A program made the position numbers and the translations under genes. From Oscillospiraceae bacterium (GTDB lineage: Bacteria; Bacillota; Clostridia; Oscillospirales; UBA929), in the NCBI GenBank assembly GCA_031549735.1, contig JAVBPF010000048.1:1-59542 (forward strand): a stretch of 59,542 nucleotides of DNA, given 5' to 3'. The notes under the pieces were generated by a model, which ran no database searches, had not been told where the DNA came from, and saw nothing but the letters and a program-made list of their open reading frames with translations. Shown one piece after another: positions 55,914 to 59,542 of this stretch (position 1 is the stretch's first letter; the number at the start of each line of letters is the position of its first letter).

Positions 55914-57500
55914 ATGATTTGTCGAAACTGCGGACGGTCGATACCGGATGTGGCGTTGTACTGCGTACATTGCCATGCGCCGGTGGAGATCGGCGACGAA
56001 ACGCGAAAGCTTAACGGGCCTGGCGCTGAGCCGCGTGACCATGTATCCGTTGGCCCCGACTATTTTGACCCCAATTTCGCGCCGGAGGACGGAAGCCGTC
56101 CGGACGACGGCTTCGCCGAGACGCAGAGCGACCTGTACGGCAGCGGTGCCCAACCGGGCCGATATGGGGACTTCAATAACTACGACCCGAATTATGGCTA
56201 TGACAACCAGGCGTCGGGCGGCTACGGCGGGTACCCTGAGGGCGGCGAATCGCCCAAGGAGCGGGTCGGGCCGTCCAAGAAAACCGTCTGGCTGGCCTCC
56301 GGCGGCGCGGCGCTGGCCGTCGGTTTGTTGATTCTGCTGTTTGTTCTGCTCCAGCCAAAGGGAAACACGGTCGTTCCTTCGCCCGATCCGGATGAGCTGT
56401 TGAACTCTGCGCCGCCCTCGGGTGAGGACGATGGGTTTGTTACACCGCCAGAGGTGTCGCTTGTGCCGGACGTATCCGCTTCGCCGGAAGTCATGGAGAC
56501 ACCGCCCGTTTCCCCCTCCGACGGCGGTGCTGTCACCCGTGAGCCGATTTCGCCCTCACCCATCAGTGTCTACCCTCTCAGTACAGCCAATGAAATGATG
56601 ATGTGCGCCCCGCTGCTTGGCGAGTCTTTTGATGTTGGAGTACCGCCGGCCAAAGCGCTTCTGTCGGATTTCCTTCAGCGTGCCATTGCCGGGATTCAGC
56701 CCACCAAACGCTTTGCGGCCAACGATGGCGGTTATTTCATCCCTGCCGCCGAAATGGAGACGATTCTCCGGGAGTCTTTGGGGCTTTCCGGCTTGTCGAC
56801 CAGCGCCTATACCAACGGAACCACCCTCTACGCCAAAGACGACGGTGTCATTTGGAAACCTTCCGGAACAGCGGGACAAAGCTATGATTTTTTCCAAAAA
56901 ACCGCGCTTTCGAGCGGCGGACAGCAAGTGTTTTACAATGTGTTCACCGAACGTTCCGGTTATTCTGAGTTATTGGCGCAATATGTGGCGGAGACGCAGA
57001 CCAACGCCAATGCCCAGTATTTTGCCTCCCGGCTTATATCGCTGATGGAAATCGGTGACTTCCCCCGGGTGATTGCGGCCGATGCCAGCTCCGCGCTTGC
57101 TGACCGGGACGGGTATAGTTACCTGCCCGACACGCTGATCGACGGACGAGCTTTTACCGGTTGGAGCAGTGACTCCGGCGACGGTGGGGGCGGACAGTCG
57201 TTGACCCTTACGTTGGAGACATCAGCCTCGATCAGCGGGATGTCGATTCTTAATGGCGACGGCAAAGACGGGGCTTCTTACATAAGAAGCGGCCGTGCGA
57301 AAGAGATCCGTGTGGATTTTGGCGGGGGGAAAACCAAGACGTTTACCTTAGCCGATGCGGGCTATTCCGCCGCCGGATTATGGCAGGCGCTGCGTTTTGG
57401 GGAGAGCATCAGCACCGACACCATTACCATAACGATTTTGTCGACCTATGCCGGGGACACCTATCCTGAAGTGGTGTTGTCCGAGCTCTATGTATTTTGA
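55914..57500 (+). CDS. Zinc-ribbon membrane protein with an extracytoplasmic C-terminal galactose-binding/discoidin-like domain
   Basis: MICRNCGRSIPDVALYCVHCHAP (CxxC...CxxC), a disordered Gly/Tyr/Asp region, TM segment VWLASGGAALAVGLLILLFVLL, and C-terminal DTLIDGRAFTGWSS...SISGMSILNGDGKD...EIRVDFGGG...VVLSELYVF. Confidence 0.75.
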   Translation: MICRNCGRSIPDVALYCVHCHAPVEIGDETRKLNGPGAEPRDHVSVGPDYFDPNFAPEDGSRPDDGFAETQSDLYGSGAQPGRYGDFNNYDPNYGYDNQASGGYGGYPEGGESPKERVGPSKKTVWLASGGAALAVGLLILLFVLLQPKGNTVVPSPDPDELLNSAPPSGEDDGFVTPPEVSLVPDVSASPEVMETPPVSPSDGGAVTREPISPSPISVYPLSTANEMMMCAPLLGESFDVGVPPAKALLSDFLQRAIAGIQPTKRFAANDGGYFIPAAEMETILRESLGLSGLSTSAYTNGTTLYAKDDGVIWKPSGTAGQSYDFFQKTALSSGGQQVFYNVFTERSGYSELLAQYVAETQTNANAQYFASRLISLMEIGDFPRVIAADASSALADRDGYSYLPDTLIDGRAFTGWSSDSGDGGGGQSLTLTLETSASISGMSILNGDGKDGASYIRSGRAKEIRVDFGGGKTKTFTLADAGYSAAGLWQALRFGESISTDTITITILSTYAGDTYPEVVLSELYVF

Positions 57501-57539
57501 GTAGACGCTGAATCATCGTCTACCCGAACAGGTGAGATT

Positions 57540-58298
57540 ATGACCGCGACCGTTTTATCCTGTACCGCGCTGGCCCCTTCCATCTTCGATCTCTGGCTGC
57601 AGCTCAACTGGCCGTCGCGCCCGCCGCGTGCCGGCCAGTTTGCGCATCTTCGCTGTGGCGAGGAGCATACGCTGCGACGCCCCATCAGCCTCTGTGACGT
57701 TGAAGGCGACCGCGTACGGCTCGTCTTTGAAGTCAAGGGCGGAGGGACGCGCTATCTGGCGGAGCGCAGACCGGGCGACACGATTGATTTGCTCTATCCG
57801 CTCGGACGGGGCTTCACCGCCAAACCCGAAGCGCTTCCCACGCTGTTGGTGGGCGGCGGACTGGGCATCCCTCCCTTGCTGCTGGCTGCGCGGCGGTGCG
57901 AGGGGAAGGCCGAGGCCATTCTGGGCTATCGGTCGGCTGAGCGCAGTTTTTTGACCGAAGACTTCGCCCGGGCCACAAAGCGCCTTACCCTGTGCAGTGA
58001 TGACGGCAGTCTGGGCGAGCGCGGCTTTGTCGACGCGCCGCTCAAGAGGCGTTTGAGCGAGGCGTCTTTTGGCCGCGTGTTGTGCTGCGGGCCGCGCCCG
58101 ATGCTCAACGCGGCAGCCCGTGTCTGTGCGGAATTTGGCGTCGTGTGCGAGGTGTCGATGGAGGAGCGTATGGCCTGCGGGCTGGGCGCGTGCCTCGGCT
58201 GTGCCATCGCGCTGCGTGACGGTGAGGGTCAGAGGTTTGCGCACGTTTGTAAGGACGGGCCGGTTTTTGACGCGTCGGAGGTGATCTGGGACATATGA
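57540..58298 (+). CDS. pyrK: Dihydroorotate dehydrogenase electron-transfer subunit PyrK
   Basis: RRPISLCD (FAD-binding), [13 protein letters not shown] and the 2Fe-2S motif [13 protein letters not shown]...CKDGPVF. Confidence 0.92.
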   Translation: MTATVLSCTALAPSIFDLWLQLNWPSRPPRAGQFAHLRCGEEHTLRRPISLCDVEGDRVRLVFEVKGGGTRYLAERRPGDTIDLLYPLGRGFTAKPEALPTLLVGGGLGIPPLLLAARRCEGKAEAILGYRSAERSFLTEDFARATKRLTLCSDDGSLGERGFVDAPLKRRLSEASFGRVLCCGPRPMLNAAARVCAEFGVVCEVSMEERMACGLGACLGCAIALRDGEGQRFAHVCKDGPVFDASEVIWDI

Positions 58299-59248
58299 CG
58301 AAAGGTAATAATGTGTCGGGAAACGCCGGAAAATATGTTGATTTGTCGGTAAATATGGCCGGAATGAGCATGAAAAACCCGGTCGCCGTGGCCTCCGGCA
58401 CCTTCGGATTTGGCCGGGAGTATAGTTTGCGGTTCGATTTGAACCGTTTGGGGGCTATCTGTGTAAAGGGAATCACCTTGTCGCCCAGGCAGGGCAATCC
58501 GCCTCCGCGCATCGCCGAAACGCCGATGGGGATGCTCAACAGCGTCGGGCTGCAAAATCCCGGTGTTCACGCGTTCGTGCGAGATGAGCTGCCTTTTCTG
58601 CGCGGCTTCGACGTAAAAGTGATTGCCAACCTGTCGGGCAACACGGTGGAGGAGTATGCGCAGCTGGCGGCGCTGCTTTCGGAGGCGGGTGTGGATATGC
58701 TCGAGGTCAACATCTCCTGCCCCAATGTAAAGGAAGGCGGCCTTACCTTCGGGGTCGATCCCGATATGGCGGCGGCGGTTACCGCAGCGGTCAAACGCGA
58801 GGCCGGTATGACGCCAGTCATGGTCAAGCTGACGCCCAACACGTCGCAGATGGCCGAAATCGCCCGGCGTGTTGAAGCGGCGGGCGCCGACGCGCTTTCG
58901 CTGATCAACACGCTGACCGGCATGTGGATCGATGTGGAGACAAGACGCCCGATCCTGTACAACAACATCGGCGGACTGTCCGGTCCGGCGGTATTGCCGG
59001 TCGCCGTGCGGTGCGTCTATGAGGTGCGCCGCGCCGTGAAGCTGCCGATTCTGGGCATGGGCGGCGTACGCAGCACGTCCGACGCCGTGCAGCTGATGCT
59101 GGCGGGCGCCGACGCCGTGGCTGTGGGTACCGCGCTCTTTTTGGAGCCGGAGGCGCCGATTCAGGTCATTGACGGACTTGAGGCGTATTGTGTACAGCAT
59201 GGCCTGGAAAACGTCTCCGCGCTGACCGGCGGTCTTTTGCCTTGGTAA
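58295..59248 (+). CDS. pyrD: Dihydroorotate dehydrogenase (class 1B) catalytic subunit PyrD
   Basis: [18 protein letters not shown]...GLQNPGV...[13 protein letters not shown]...VKLTPN...LSLINT...GGLSGPA. The start overlaps the pyrK stop. Confidence 0.95.
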   Translation: MTKGNNVSGNAGKYVDLSVNMAGMSMKNPVAVASGTFGFGREYSLRFDLNRLGAICVKGITLSPRQGNPPPRIAETPMGMLNSVGLQNPGVHAFVRDELPFLRGFDVKVIANLSGNTVEEYAQLAALLSEAGVDMLEVNISCPNVKEGGLTFGVDPDMAAAVTAAVKREAGMTPVMVKLTPNTSQMAEIARRVEAAGADALSLINTLTGMWIDVETRRPILYNNIGGLSGPAVLPVAVRCVYEVRRAVKLPILGMGGVRSTSDAVQLMLAGADAVAVGTALFLEPEAPIQVIDGLEAYCVQHGLENVSALTGGLLPW

Positions 59249-59266
59249 CCCCTGATCAAATGCCCC

Positions 59267-59407
59267 ACAGCATCGCGGTGGCCTTTTTGCCCCCCGGCGG
59301 CGTTGCAAGAATTTAAAAGGCACAAAGCATTCCTTCGGTTTTGCGCCTTGCCAGTGTGGAAAAATTCTCGCCGCGCTACATTGTTGATTTAATCAGTGCT
59401 TACGGCA
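59267..59407 (+). repeat. C-family intergenic repeat, full copy C3
   Basis: CAGCATCGCGGTGGCCTTTTTG...GCGTTGCAAGAATTTAAAAGGCACAAAGCATTCCTTCGGTTTTGCGCCTTGCCAGTGTGGAAAAATTCTCGCCG...TTGATTTAATCAGTGCTTACGG. Confidence 0.8.
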
Positions 59408-59454
59408 GTGTAAAGTAAAGATGAAAGATTAGCGCCATCAGCCGAAGGTTTCTT

Positions 59455-59541
59455 TCACGCGACGAGCGGAAACTCCCGTTTTTGAGATTTGCTGAGCTTG
59501 AGCCCGGCGACCTGTGCCGGTGAGAGCCCATCCAAGGCCGA
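59455..59541 (-). CDS. Possible 3' end of a truncated-by-window transposase/integrase-like gene
   Basis: The minus-strand frame reads ...SALDGLSPAQVAGLKLSKSQKREFPLVA* (stop at 59455-59457). The S-A-L-x-G-L-S-P-A-Q string resembles the C-terminal end of DDE/rve-type transposases. Only 28 codons are visible. Confidence 0.25.
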   Translation of the reverse strand, partial: SALDGLSPAQVAGLKLSKSQKREFPLVA

Positions 59542-59542
59542 A

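Overview
GC-rich Firmicutes/Clostridia-type chromosomal segment; the taxon is inferred from gene order, strong GGAGG ribosome-binding sites (RBS) and protein similarity, with no search run. Three blocks are present. (1) 1-4.5 kb, minus strand: an S8 subtilisin-like peptidase with a small upstream ORF, tsf, and rpsB. The rpsB frame carries a single in-frame TAG. (2) 5.1-40 kb, plus strand: cheR-cheB-cheD, then a ~31-kb Bacillus fla/che-like flagellar super-operon. Its order is SLT hydrolase, flgB, flgC, fliE, fliF, fliG, fliH, fliI, an unknown ORF, fliJ, ylxF-like, fliK, flgD, flgE, flbD, motA, motB, fliL, fliM, fliY, cheY, fliO, fliP, fliQ, fliR, flhB, flhA, flhF, flhG, an aldo/keto reductase, a PilZ protein and fliA. 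Two uncharacterised genes follow fliA. (3) 41.5-59.3 kb: mreB, an ECF sigma/anti-sigma pair (minus), murC (minus), cca, a DUF1015 gene and a pyrimidine cluster (pyrC, pyrF, carA, carB, a zinc-ribbon membrane protein, pyrK, pyrD). I saw no tRNA, rRNA or CRISPR array. The most unusual content is non-coding. Several related families of mosaic, hairpin-rich intergenic repeats (called A-E here) occupy about 3.5 kb by my hand tally. Every copy I can orient against its family lies in one direction, the direction of the plus-strand operons they sit in, and they show compensatory stem substitutions between copies. They split flagellar genes that are normally adjacent. Other notable points are a CarA whose glutaminase Cys-His-Glu triad appears to be lost, an unknown ORF inserted after fliI next to a tandem duplication of the fliI 3' end, and shared hairpins flanking the ECF sigma cassette. 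All homology calls come from motif recognition by eye. Start codons are chosen by RBS spacing and are less certain than the gene calls.
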